A DNA stretch of 63,791 nt, the filler included, from Octopus bimaculoides (Eukaryota): assembly GCF_001194135.2 (NCBI RefSeq). It is 8 parts of 8 records of this genome, joined end to end, with 100 filler letters (N's around TTAATTAATTAA, not from the genome) between each part and the next. Parts side by side here need not be neighbours in the genome. Positions count along the whole stretch, not along the records: positions 1 to 13,654 come from NC_068983.1; positions 13,755 to 23,257 come from NC_068996.1; positions 23,358 to 31,170 come from NC_068988.1; 5 more parts are not named here. The stretch is one strand, 5' to 3'. The notes beneath the pieces were generated by a model. That model worked only from the letters and a program-made list of their open reading frames with translations, was not told the origin of the DNA and ran no database searches. This document shows positions 11,735 through 23,757 of this stretch, one piece after another. A program made the translations under genes and the position numbers. Numbering within the stretch: the stretch's first letter is position 1; each line of letters opens with the position of its first letter.

Positions 11735-12865
11735 TATAACACCTCGTTGTAAACAATGTTCCTTGTTTTTCTTTGTGGAGCGTATGCAAAGTGTTTTTAT
11801 TTTGGCTTCCCACTCTTCAGCAGCCAGCATGCATTTGTCCGTGTGAGAAGCAGGGCTCTTCCAAGAGAAGACCAGCCGCAGACAGGGTTTGAGCCAGAGA
11901 TCTGTTAATGGGCATGGCAAAACGGACACGAAACGAGAATTGCAATCATCTGAGCGTCAATGGAATTTCTGCTCTGATGGAGTAAGAGGAATTCTTGGAA
12001 TAAAGACGTCATCACATTTTCCATATCCAGAAAGAATGATAACCAGGTTATGTTTTCCTGTCCCTCCAGGTGCATCCAGGAAGAACATTCGTCCCTTGCA
12101 TTGGCGTACACTGTTAAGAATAGTTCTGTAGGACTGCAGCTGTTCCGGAAGTAATTTAGGCTCGTTTTTAACCATGTACTTTGAAAGCGCTTGTGTGTCA
12201 TAGGATGTTTCACGAATAACAGGAGAGGGAAGGCTATTTGACCCTAATCTGAATGTTTGTGGCAGGCCATATGTAGACAATTCATTTCCACTCAGCGTAG
12301 CGATTCTGTCTTCAATGTGAATGGGAATTTTGTTGTAGACTTCATTGCTGATACCCTCCATGCCAGGATAGAATGGTTAAGCTTGCGGCTTAAAATCTTC
12401 AGCCAGGTTGTCTCTGTATTGGAGCCATAGAGAGGCAGGATCACACAGTTCTCTTGTCTGTAGTAATACTGCAAATAATGCTTTGAGACTTTTATGGGAT
12501 TCTGATAAATCACCCTCTCCCAAAGGTGGATTCCATTGTGCACAATCTTCTAACAGACCTTGTCGATAGCATGCTTCTCTGTACGTTGCGCAGACATGTT
12601 CATGAACGGCTTTTAGGGCCTGGAAACACGTTGGCCCTCTCACCTTATGCAGTAGTAGACGGAGGTAGAAGCACTCTTGTTGAGTGGGATGCACTGTGTA
12701 TATTCGCCTAAGGCAAGTGTCAAACTTAATGCCAGGGTATCCATGAACATTTTAACCTGCTTTCCTTAAGGCTCGTATTTTTCCATTCCAATTGTAATAT
12801 AATGGAATCTGTGGTTACAGCAAAGTTTGAGCGAATGGATCAACTTGACTAATCCTGAAGAATGG
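11735..12865 (-). mobile_element. Helitron RepHel C-terminal fragment (PIF1-like helicase), internally deleted
   Basis: HPTQQECFYLRLLLHKVRGPT..YREAC..GLLED; Walker A FFLDAPGGTGK; DVFIPRIP; AMPINRSLAQTL..GLLLEEPCFSHGQ; ends RNIVYNEVL*. Confidence 0.93.
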
Positions 12866-13175
12866 CTCAGTCATTAGAGCATCGGGCGCACAGTAAGATC
12901 AATTGCCGGACCTGGTTGTACGTTTTATGCTTGAGCAAGACATTTTATTTCTCACTTCCCCCAGCTGTAGAAATGAATTGCAGCGTCTTTGGTGTCAAGC
13001 GCTATCACCCTTTGCCTTGCCTTTAGATAACATCGATAGCGTGCAGAGGGGAGTCTTGTATGCGTGGGCGACAGCTGACCCTTCATAAACAACCTTATTT
13101 GGAGTCGTGCCTCGGAAGGCAAAATTGAAGTTGCAGTCCCATGGTCATTAATGACTGAATGGGGTCGTCTTACGC
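12860..13175 (+). mobile_element. tRNA-derived SINE family D
   Basis: A-box-like TGGCTCAGT..TTAGAGC head, then TTGAGCAAGACATTTTATTTC..CAGCTGTAGAAATGA core (Meta/V/Deu-domain-like as I recall it). It abuts the broken 5' end of the Helitron fragment. Confidence 0.65.
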
Positions 13176-13197
13176 CACTCTCTTTTTCTCTCTAATT

Positions 13198-13265
13198 ACA
13201 ACGGGCTTCTTTCAGTATCCGCCTCCAAAATCCACGCACAAGGCTTTGGTCGGCCCGAGGCTATT
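13198..13265 (-). mobile_element. SINE family A central fragment
   Basis: ACGGGCTTCTTTCAGT..CC..AAATCCAC.CACAAGGCTTTGGTCGGCCCGAGGCTAT. Confidence 0.7.
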
Positions 13266-13354
13266 TCAAATTTTGAGAAAGTACACAGGCGTTGTAGGAA
13301 ATATTTTTAGCGTAATAATTCATCACTGAACTTCAATTGATTATATATATATGT

Positions 13355-13654
13355 TGTTGGCACTCCGTCGCTTACGACGTCGAGGGTTCCAGTTCATCCG
13401 ATCGACGGAACAGCCTGCTCGTGAAATTAACTTGCAAGTGGCTGAGCACTCCACAGACACGTATACCTTTAACGTAGTTCTCGGGGATATTCAGCGTGAC
13501 ACAGTGTGACAAGGATGACCCTTTGAATTACAGGCACAACAGAAATAGGAAGTAAGAGTGAGAGAAAGTTGTGGTGAAAGAGTACAGCAGGGTTCGCCAC
13601 CATCCCCTGTCGGAGCCGTGAGTAGCTTTAGGTGTTTTCACTCAATAAACACTC
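13355..13654 (-). mobile_element. SINE family C copy (head cut by linker gap)
   Basis: Reverse complement closely matches 53420-53728. Confidence 0.9.
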
Positions 13655-13754
13655 NNNNNNNNNNNNNNNNNNNNNNNNNNNNNNNNNNNNNNNNNNNNTT
13701 AATTAATTAANNNNNNNNNNNNNNNNNNNNNNNNNNNNNNNNNNNNNNNNNNNN
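13655..13754. other. Artificial 100-bp join spacer N44-TTAATTAATTAA-N44
   Basis: Exact structure repeated seven times; TTAATTAATTAA gives stop codons in all six frames. Confidence 0.97.
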
Positions 13755-13801
<47 letters not shown>

Positions 13802-13949
13802 TTATTGATTCGTTGATTAATTGTCAACCATAGATTTACTTATGAACAACTTTAATCCTTATATTACAATTGTTTATAAAATAGATGTCTGAATTGTCTT
13901 ACTGTGTATTTGCGATGTTATTCTAAACATATATATTCTAGATATTTGT

Positions 13950-14110
13950 ATTTGCGACCATGCTGGAGCACTGCTTTGGAGAATTTTTAGTCGAATGAAT
14001 CGTCTCCAGTACTTTTTTAAAGCCTGGTACTTATTCTTTCGGTCTCTTTACGAACTGCTAAATTACGGGATCGTCAACACAATAACACCGGTTGTCAAAC
14101 GATGGTGATG
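13950..14110 (-). mobile_element. SINE family A 3' half
   Basis: CCATGCTGGAGCAC..TTTAGTCGAA..TACTTATTC..CGGTCTCT..CCGGTTGTCAAACGATG. Confidence 0.75.
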
Positions 14111-14599
14111 CCGTGTCAAATACTAACAGAATGACACACGCACACATACACACGTGAATATAATCACACACATGCATACATGCATACATGCACATAAACA
14201 CACACACATGCACACATACGTTAGCACTTCAGGCTTAGTGGACTTTCGTCCGTGCCTGAAAGTGTGTGCGCGGGGTGCGTATATATATGTGTATGTATGT
14301 GTGCATGTGCTTATTGTATTGCATGTATGATTTATGTCTGAGGTGTTGCGCATTCGAGTTCGTGTTTGTGTATAAAATATGTATATACGTATATATATTA
14401 TATATGTATATATATATATTATGAGTGTGTATGTGTGTGTGTGTGTGTGTGTCTTTGTGTCTCTGTATATTCATACAACTTTCCATACATCCAGGTGTGT
14501 TGTTAATTGTATAAATGTAAAAGTGTATTTAGGTACTGGATTGCAGTCGCCACATAAATGATCCATATATCCCTTCCTCAACTCAGTTTTTATGATATT

Positions 14600-15350
14600 G
14601 ATTTCGTGTGACCAAGTGACTTCTACACTAAAACGAGTTTTCTTTTGTTGTCCGAAACTGCAATGTTTGACTACTTGCATTTTAATTTCGTTGCTATTTT
14701 TATTCCTAGGTTACATCAATATATATATTGGTTCACTGTTCTCTATATTATTCATCTATATTTGATGTACTATCTTCTTTCTGTCTTTTCCAGATGTTTA
14801 CCTAGCATACCAAACTTTTTGGGTAGTTTCTTTCTGGAAGACATTCTATCATATTTGGTAGTCATATGGTTAATGACCTAATTTTTTTCCATGTTCCTAG
14901 ATTTGCTGTGAGTTAATGCTATCTGTCTTTTTTTTAAGAGCTCCATAATTATAAAGAGGTATCCCCTATATTGTAGTGTTATAAACTTGTCAGTACTATG
15001 TGTTAGACAAGTAGAATGGGTTATTGTCTATATTTTAGATTTTCTTTCAAGTACCTGTAATATCTGTGATTTGATCACTTTTAGATATTATTTTAGTGTT
15101 AAGTATGATATTTCACTCTTTCTTACAGAGATCTATGCCAATTTATAGTACATGATTTTTCTTAAGTTCATTGCTGTGCGAATTTTGTTAATAATTTTGT
15201 AGTGGTAATTTTTAGTAAAATGGAGAACAGTATTATGATCCGAGACTCAAATATATCAATCCTGATTGAAGATCGTATCCACCAACCTGGTATCTCCATT
15301 GACATTGAAATATACCGTACCATCGAATAGATTCGGATTTTCTTTATAAT
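14600..15350 (-). mobile_element. Heavily decayed Penelope-like linker/GIY-YIG region (tentative)
   Basis: Fragmentary motifs only (IRWY.., ..NHMTT, KHIWK.KDR-like) in the expected order, with many stops. Confidence 0.35.
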
Positions 15351-15627
15351 CCTTTCATTATGTATTTTGTTCCCCATATCTTTTTCTCTCACTCTCCCTC
15401 TTTTTGCTTTGATCTTTTGCCTGACTTTCAGTGCATTTGTCCTATATAACAGGATATGTCTGTGCGAGAAAGATATGAGAGCATTAGCAAATTGTGCTCT
15501 AAAGTAGATACAGTATACTTATATATATATATATATATATATAAAAGCTCATTTATATATATATAAATTCAAATAAACAACAATGTTTCACCAAAAGGGG
15601 AGAATATCAAGTGTCACTAAATGCGAG

Positions 15628-15808
15628 TAGGGTGTTAGGAAACACCTACATCGCTAGAAATAAAAGCTAAACCGTTCTAATGATGTAGTTAACGTACATG
15701 AAATACACTAGCGCTGATCGGCACTTGTCGGACGATTATCGTCCCGGCTAGTGTATGTTTACATCAATGTACGTTAACTACAGCAATGTAGTTATTCCTA
15801 ACACTCTA
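15628..15808. mobile_element. Fold-back MITE-like element
   Basis: Terminal arms TAGGGTGTTAGGAA / TTCCTAACACTCTA match 13/14; inner arms match 16/16 (15684-15699 vs 15767-15782) and 10/10 (15703-15712 vs 15747-15756); TA at both ends. Confidence 0.65.
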
Positions 15809-15819
15809 ATCACTCACAA

Positions 15820-16014
15820 ACACATATATATATGAGTGTGAGGCTATATGAGCTAGTATAAATACATATATATATATATATACATTTAGAGATATCTATA
15901 CAAGTATATATGCATATATGTGTATATATATATGTATATATGTATATAAATATATACAATATATATGTGTATATATACATATATACGTATATATGTGTGT
16001 GTGTATATGTATGA

Positions 16015-16063
<49 letters not shown>

Positions 16064-16471
16064 CATCTATGTCTATATACGCATGTTTATATACATATAT
16101 TTATATAGATATGTGTATGCGTTTGCGCGTGTGTGTGTGTGTGTAGGTGTGTGCGTGTGTGTGTGCGTGCGCACGCGTGAGTAGGCCCATGTATGTATAT
16201 TTGTATGTGTGAATGTTACTATATGTATACACTCTCACACACACATATATACATATATAAATGTGTATATATATATTCATACACACAAAGAAACGTAAAT
16301 ATGCGCATTTGTAAATAAAGGGGGTGGTGAGTGTACGCGTGCTTGCTTAGGTGTATATATGTGGAAAGGTAATCTCAGTTGAGGCATATATTATAATTAT
16401 TGAAATCAATTATAGTAAGAGATCCAAATTGGAATGTAAATTCACACACAAACAGATACACACACACGCAC

Positions 16472-16520
<49 letters not shown>

Positions 16521-16659
16521 ACATTTACACCAATATAAAAACATCTCTATCTTGACCTAGTAAGGAAAGCATGTCTAAACAATTTTTTCTCGACTGAGTC
16601 AGAAACTCGATCCGTCAGCATGATACAATATGCAAATCAGAAAAATTGAATGCTATATG

Positions 16660-16713
<54 letters not shown>

Positions 16714-16944
16714 CGTGCGTGTGTGTGTGTGTGTGTATACACAAATAGAAGCACGCACTCACGCGCACACGCATGCACGCACGCACGCACGCACACACAC
16801 ATACACAGACACACACAAACATACACACATTTCTGCGTGATCGCATCAAATAACTGAAATATGTATACATAGGTTTAGTGATGTTTAAGTGTTAATGCTC
16901 GGAACTTACGGACTTGAGTCACTCTGTTACTTCTGCTAAATATG

Positions 16945-16987
<43 letters not shown>

Positions 16988-17225
16988 GTATGTATGCATG
17001 CATGCATGTACGTACGTATGTATGTATAGGCATATTAGGAAAATATATATGTATATGAAATTCAGATAAAAATTTGGGGATTTGATAGACTATATATATA
17101 TATATATATATAAACAATATATGAGGATATGCATATATATATACATGTATGTACATACCTTCATCTACACGTACATATAGATACATAACTGGGTACATGA
17201 CGTGGCAAAAGAACATGGACAAAAT

Positions 17226-17280
<55 letters not shown>
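15820..17280. repeat. Compound microsatellite field (AT, GT/AC, ATGT)
   Basis: Direct reading; short unique spacers separate the tracts. Confidence 0.9.
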
Positions 17281-17803
17281 NNNNNNNNNNNNNNNNNNNN
17301 NNNNNNNNNNNNNNNNNNNNNNNNNNNNNNNNNNNNNNNNNNNNNNNNNNNNNNNNNNNNNNNNNNNNNNNNNNNNNNNNNNNNNNNNNNNNNNNNNNNN
17401 NNNNNNNNNNNNNNNNNNNNNNNNNNNNNNNNNNNNNNNNNNNNNNNNNNNNNNNNNNNNNNNNNNNNNNNNNNNNNNNNNNNNNNNNNNNNNNNNNNNN
17501 NNNNNNNNNNNNNNNNNNNNNNNNNNNNNNNNNNNNNNNNNNNNNNNNNNNNNNNNNNNNNNNNNNNNNNNNNNNNNNNNNNNNNNNNNNNNNNNNNNNN
17601 NNNNNNNNNNNNNNNNNNNNNNNNNNNNNNNNNNNNNNNNNNNNNNNNNNNNNNNNNNNNNNNNNNNNNNNNNNNNNNNNNNNNNNNNNNNNNNNNNNNN
17701 NNNNNNNNNNNNNNNNNNNNNNNNNNNNNNNNNNNNNNNNNNNNNNNNNNNNNNNNNNNNNNNNNNNNNNNNNNNNNNNNNNNNNNNNNNNNNNNNNNNN
17801 NNN

Positions 17804-17956
17804 AAGTAGCTTGCTTACCAATCACATGGTTCCGGGTTCATTCCCACTGCGTGGCACCTTGGGCAAGTGCCTTCTACTATAGCCTCGGGCCAACCAAAGC
17901 CTTGTGAGTGGATTTGGTAGACGGAAACTGAAAGAAGCCTGTCGCATATATGTATG

Positions 17957-17987
<31 letters not shown>

Positions 17988-18205
17988 ATATGTTTGTGTG
18001 TCTGCGTTTCTCTCCCCTACATCGCTTGACAACCGATGCTGATGTGTTTACGTCCCCGTAACTTAGCGGTTCGGCAAAAAGAGCCCGATAGAATAAGTAC
18101 TAGGCTTACAAAGAATAAGTCCTGGGGTCGATTTGCTCGACTAAAGGCGGTGTTCCAGTATGGCCGCAGTCAAAAATGACTGAAACAAGTAAAAGAGTAA
18201 AAGAG
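17804..18205 (+). mobile_element. SINE family A, near full length, with internal (TA/TG)n
   Basis: B-box-like GGTTCATTCCC, CORE-like ACCTTGGGCAAGTG, internal microsatellite, tail GACTGAAACAAGTAAAAGAGTAAAAGAG. Confidence 0.9.
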
Positions 18206-18409
18206 TATATATATATATATATGCACATATGTGTGTGTGCTCGTGTTTCTCTATGTACGTGTATGCATGTATGTATGTATGTATGTATGTATGTATATAT
18301 GCATGTATGTATGTATGTATGTATGTATGTATATATATACATATACACATATACGTGCATATATAAATATATTTTACATATGTGTATAAGAATGTCCTTG
18401 CATTCTTTT

Positions 18410-18760
18410 ATATTCTTATTCTTTGACTTGCATCAGTCATTAGACTGCAGCTATGCTGGGGCACCGCACTGAAGAATTTTGGTTGAATGAATCAAGCCCA
18501 ATACATTAATATAATATGTGTGTGTTTGTGCGTGTATGTGTGTGTATGCGTATGTGTGTGTATGTATGTGTATGCGTATGTGAGTGTATGTCTGTGTGTG
18601 TGTTCTCTCAGTTTCCGTCTACCAAATCCACTCACAAGACTTTGATCGGTCAGAGGCAATAGTAGAGGACACTTACCGATAACGCCGCGAAGTTGATGTG
18701 AACACAGAAGCATGTGGTTGGGAAAAAAAGATTCTTACCACACAGCCACGCCTGCACCTA
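18410..18760 (-). mobile_element. SINE family A, older copy
   Basis: Tail at 18410-18500, internal TG tract, head and core at 18600-18760 (TTTCCGTCTACCAAATCCACTCACAAG). Confidence 0.75.
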
Positions 18761-18784
18761 TATACCATTTTTCTTAGATACTTT

Positions 18785-18990
18785 TCTCAGTCATTTGACT
18801 GCAGAAATGCTGGGGCATGGTCTTGAAGAGATTTAGTTGAACAAATCAAGCCATGGACTATTTTGTTTAAAGCTGGTATTCATTCTATCGTTCTCTTAAA
18901 CCGAACCCCTACGTTACAGCAATATAATCATACCAACATTGGTTGTGAAGCGGTGTTTCGAGGAATCATCACAGGTACAAAGACACAAAC
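18785..18990 (-). mobile_element. SINE family A 3' half, decayed
   Basis: TCAGTCATTTGACTGC..ATGCTGGGGCA..TTCTATCG..CCGAAC..TTGGTTGTGAAGCG. Confidence 0.7.
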
Positions 18991-19158
18991 ACATAGATAC
19001 ATACGTGTGTGCGCTTGTGTGTGCGTTTGTGTGTACATACATGTGTATGTGTATCAATATGAATATAAATATACGTCTATATATTCGAATGTATACATAA
19101 GTGTTTGCACACACACACATGCACGCTTAACGCACACGTCCTTTTTTGCAAGTAAGTC

Positions 19159-19198
<40 letters not shown>

Positions 19199-19502
19199 NN
19201 NNNNNNNNNNNNNNNNNNNNNNNNNNNNNNNNNNNNNNNNNNNNNNNNNNNNNNNNNNNNNNNNNNNNNNNNNNNNNNNNNNNNNNNNNNNNNNNNNNNN
19301 NNNNNNNNNNNNNNNNNNNNNNNNNNNNNNNNNNNNNNNNNNNNNNNNNNNNNNNNNNNNNNNNNNNNNNNNNNNNNNNNNNNNNNNNNNNNNNNNNNNN
19401 NNNNNNNNNNNNNNNNNNNNNNNNNNNNNNNNNNNNNNNNNNNNNNNNNNNNNNNNNNNNNNNNNNNNNNNNNNNNNNNNNNNNNNNNNNNNNNNNNNNN
19501 NN

Positions 19503-19562
<60 letters not shown>

Positions 19563-19713
19563 TGTATGTATGTATATGTATGAATATAAAGATAAATTAA
19601 TTATAGCGGTATTATTGACAATCCAATGATTTATTTATATTACAATATTACATTAAATACTATGAGTATAATATATAACTTATAATATTATTTAAATAAT
19701 TATAAAGACCGTA

Positions 19714-19795
19714 AAAGTCCAACAAATTGTCTCGACTTATATATATTTTTTCACATATCACAGTTCCATTATATATAAGTCACTTCAGGGTCCTT
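19714..19795 (-). ncRNA. Decayed type I hammerhead motif
   Basis: AAGGACC-CUGAAGU-GACUUAUAUAUA..UAUAUAUAAGUC-GAGA-CAAUUUGUU-GGACUUU. Perfect 12-bp stem II, stem I 6/7, two core substitutions. Confidence 0.55.
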
Positions 19796-20066
19796 GGTTC
19801 AGAAAGATGAAATCTCGTGTGAAAGGACGGCTGGATTGTAAAAATATATATTCTTTAATTCTTTTACTTGTTTCAGTTATTTGACTGCAGCCATACTGGA
19901 GCACCGCCTGAAATATATATGTGTGTAATTATATATTAGATAATAAATCGTATGGTATATACCTGGTAGCTTACGGGAAATACAGGTTCACTTTCACTGT
20001 GTTCGTTATATATTAGATCAATGTGAGACACGAAAAATGGAAGATACGAGAATGTTTATTAATCAA

Positions 20067-20107
20067 GACAATTGTTTTGATCGATCTAGCATCGATCCCT
20101 CACGGGT
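20067..20107 (-). ncRNA. Hammerhead-like vestige
   Basis: ..CGUGAG-GGAUCGAU-GCUAG-AUCGAUC-AAAAC-AAUU-GUC. 7-bp stem II and palindromic stem III, but both catalytic boxes are damaged. Confidence 0.35.
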
Positions 20108-21003
20108 GGGATACTGAACAACTGGTTCAGGAGTATCTGTCGGTGTAGATGTATCTCTTCAGATGATTACAAGATGTATCTCGTTAAAATAACGACTGTT
20201 TCGTAAGATATCTTCTACGTTTGTGTATTTATATATACAGTCACATAGAATAGTATATTCACATGTAGTCTTGCTTTCTTGTACGCATGGCGGTATATTT
20301 ATGAATATATGAATATGTATGTAGTAAATATAAATAGATACACACCAGCATACGGATATATATATTTATATATATATATATNNNNNNNNNNNNNNNNNNN
20401 NNNNNNNNNNNNNNNNNNNNNNNNNNNNNNNNNNNNNNNNNNNNNNNNNNNNNNNNNNNNNNNNNNNNNNNNNNNNNNNNNNNNNNNNNNNNNNNNNNNN
20501 NNNNNNNNNNNNNNNNNNNNNNNNNNNNNNNNNNNNNNNNNNNNNNNNNNNNNNNNNNNNNNNNNNNNNNNNNNNNNNNNNNNNNNNNNNNNNNNNNNNN
20601 NNNNNNNNNNNNNNNNNNNNNNNNNNNNNNNNNNNNNNNNNNNNNNNNNNNNNNNNNNNNNNNNNNNNNNNNNNNNNNNNNNNNNNNNNNNNNNNNNNNN
20701 NNNNNNNNNNNNNNNNNNNNNNNNNNNNNNNNNNNNNNNNNNNNNNNNNNNNNNNNNNNNNNNNNNNNNNNNNNNNNNNNNNNNNNNNNNNNNNNNNNNN
20801 NNNNNNNNNNNNNNNNNNNNNNNNNNNNNNNNNNNNNNNNNNNNNNNNNNNNNNNNNNNNNNNNNNNNNNNNNNNNNNNNNNNNNNNNNNNNNNNNNNNN
20901 NNNNNNNNNNNNNNNNNNNNNNNNNNNNNNNNNNNNNNNNNNNNNNNNNNNNNNNNNNNNNNNNNNNNNNNNNNNNNNNNNNNNNNNNNNNNNNNNNNNN
21001 NNN

Positions 21004-21074
<71 letters not shown>

Positions 21075-21090
21075 CATTATGATGATAATA

Positions 21091-21167
<77 letters not shown>

Positions 21168-21200
21168 CATGATTATGATAATAATGGTAATAATAATATC
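21004..21200. repeat. (AAT)n microsatellite with duplicated interruption
   Basis: Direct reading. Confidence 0.95.
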
Positions 21201-21412
21201 CATATGAATTCTGGTTTGGATACTTATTCATTTGTATATATATATATATATATATATATATTGTGTTTTTGAACTATATATATATATATATATATATATA
21301 TTGCATACACACATACATATGCATATGAATTATATCCGTATAGAACCGGTCATAAATATTAGTATATGCTCCTTCATTTATATGTAACTATCTTTCTATG
21401 TCTATCTATCTA

Positions 21413-21457
<45 letters not shown>

Positions 21458-21487
21458 GTATGCATGTTTATACATATATATGTTTGT

Positions 21488-21534
<47 letters not shown>

Positions 21535-22959
21535 ACACAGGCAATCAGACACACAGACACACGCATCAACACATACACACAAACATACACATACGCACAC
21601 ACACACACACATACATATATACATCTATGTGTGTGTCTGTGTTTCTTTATCCGTATGTATATACATATATACATGTATATAACATAAAATTTCTTGTCGA
21701 CATTGCCGTATGAAACTTAAATACCCAGTGGTGAAAGCTTGTGTATGACCAGCCAAACTTTGTGGTAATGCCAGTAGCTGAAATTTAGCTGAAATATTTG
21801 CCATAAAAGAACTCGGGTTTTTAGTTTGAATTTTGTATTACTTTGATTGGTTTCCTTCTCGTCAGCCTAGAATTAAACCCGTTCTGGGAAGGCTACACGC
21901 AAGCCTGGACTCCAGTTGGAAAACAGTGATACATAAACAATACCATACAGACAGGCAGACAGACACACACAAACGCACACACTCACATATACACACGCAT
22001 GCATACAGCCCCGAGCCGACCAGAGACTTGGGAGTAGATTTGCTAGACGGAAACTGTGAAAAGACCGTCATATATNNNNNNNNNNNNNNNNNNNNNNNNN
22101 NNNNNNNNNNNNNNNNNNNNNNNNNNNNNNNNNNNNNNNNNNNNNNNNNNNNNNNNNNNNNNNNNNNNNNNNNNNNNNNNNNNNNNNNNNNNNNNNNNNN
22201 NNNNNNNNNNNNNNNNNNNNNNNNNNNNNNNNNNNNNNNNNNNNNNNNNNNNNNNNNNNNNNNNNNNNNNNNNNNNNNNNNNNNNNNNNNNNNNNNNNNN
22301 NNNNNNNNNNNNNNNNNNNNNNNNNNNNNNNNNNNNNNNNNNNNNNNNNNNNNNNNNNNNNNNNNNNNNNNNNNNNNNNNNNNNNNNNNNNNNNNNNNNN
22401 NNNNNNNNNNNNNNNNNNNNNNNNNNNNNNNNNNNNNNNNNNNNNNNNNNNNNNNNNNNNNNNNNNNNNNNNNNNNNNNNNNNNNNNNNNNNNNNNNNNN
22501 NNNNNNNNNNNNNNNNNNNNNNNNNNNNNNNNNNNNNNNNNNNNNNNNNNNNNNNNNNNNNNNNNNNNNNNNNNNNNNNNNNNNNNNNNNNNNNNNNNNN
22601 NNNNNNNNNNNNNNNNNNNNNNNNNNNNNNNNNNNNNNNNNNNNNNNNNNNNNNNNNNNNNNNNNNNNNNNNNNNNNNNNNNNNNNNNNNNNNNNNNNNN
22701 NNNNNNNNNNNNNNNNNNNNNNNNNNNNNNNNNNNNNNNNNNNNNNNNNNNNNNNNNNNNNNNNNNNNNNNNNNNNNNNNNNNNNNNNNNNNNNNNNNNN
22801 NNNNNNNNNNNNNNNNNNNNNNNNNNNNNNNNNNNNNNNNNNNNNNNNNNNNNNNNNNNNNNNNNNNNNNNNNNNNNNNNNNNNNNNNNNNNNNNNNNNN
22901 NNNNNNNNNNNNNNNNNNNNNNNNNNNNNNNATAAATATATATATGTATATATATATTC

Positions 22960-23150
22960 TTATATTTGTTTCAGCCATCTGGCAGTGGCCGTGCTGGAGT
23001 ACCACCTTTAGTCGAACTAATCGACCACACAACATATTCTTTATTAGCCTAGTACTTATTCCATCGGCCCTTTATGCCGGACCGCTACGCTACGGGGATG
23101 TAAATACAACATCTTCGGTTATCAAACGATGGTGGGAGATAAGCACAGAC
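22960..23150 (-). mobile_element. SINE family A 3' half
   Basis: TTGTTTCAGCCAT..CCGTGCTGGAGTACCACCTTTAGTCGAAC..AGCCTAGTACTTAT..GTTATCAAACGATG. Confidence 0.8.
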
Positions 23151-23193
23151 ACACACACATACACACACATACACTTTTGCATACATACATATT

Positions 23194-23257
<64 letters not shown>

Positions 23258-23357
23258 NNNNNNNNNNNNNNNNNNNNNNNNNNNNNNNNNNNNNNNNNNN
23301 NTTAATTAATTAANNNNNNNNNNNNNNNNNNNNNNNNNNNNNNNNNNNNNNNNNNNN
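23258..23357. other. Artificial 100-bp join spacer
   Basis: N44-TTAATTAATTAA-N44. Confidence 0.97.
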
Positions 23358-23757
23358 CCTATAGTGTACTAACGAACTGGTATAATTGCTCACGTGTCAT
23401 TTACTGACTCTTTCTATCTGCTGTAATAACTCACACATGTATCACTCACATACACACTTTTCTTTGTATGACGGCCTGTCTTTGATTATGTTCTTATATG
23501 TCGCATTCACACTCTCACACAGACATACATCTTTAACGCTACAATAAATATCTCTGTTATTCATCTTATACGGTTGTGGTCTTTCATTACTGGTCATCTA
23601 TGTTATCGTCGTATAACATATCATCTATATCATCATTTGATATATATATTTGTATGTTCGACCGTGTGACACGTTTAAATAAAAGGAGTCCTCTGTTTTT
23701 CCATTCGTCACCATTTCACCTTTTATGAGTTTGCACGGTCGTCCCTTACATATATAT

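Noticed and set aside
13699-13710. TTAATTAATTAA as a homeodomain site, PacI site or CRISPR-like repeat
   Set aside because: It is always centred in exactly 44+44 Ns, so it is an assembly spacer.
23655-23750. Hammerhead-like layout closed by an 8-bp stem CGACCGTG/CACGGTCG
   Set aside because: Both catalytic boxes are mismatched (GUGACGA, UAAAC) and stem II is unconvincing.
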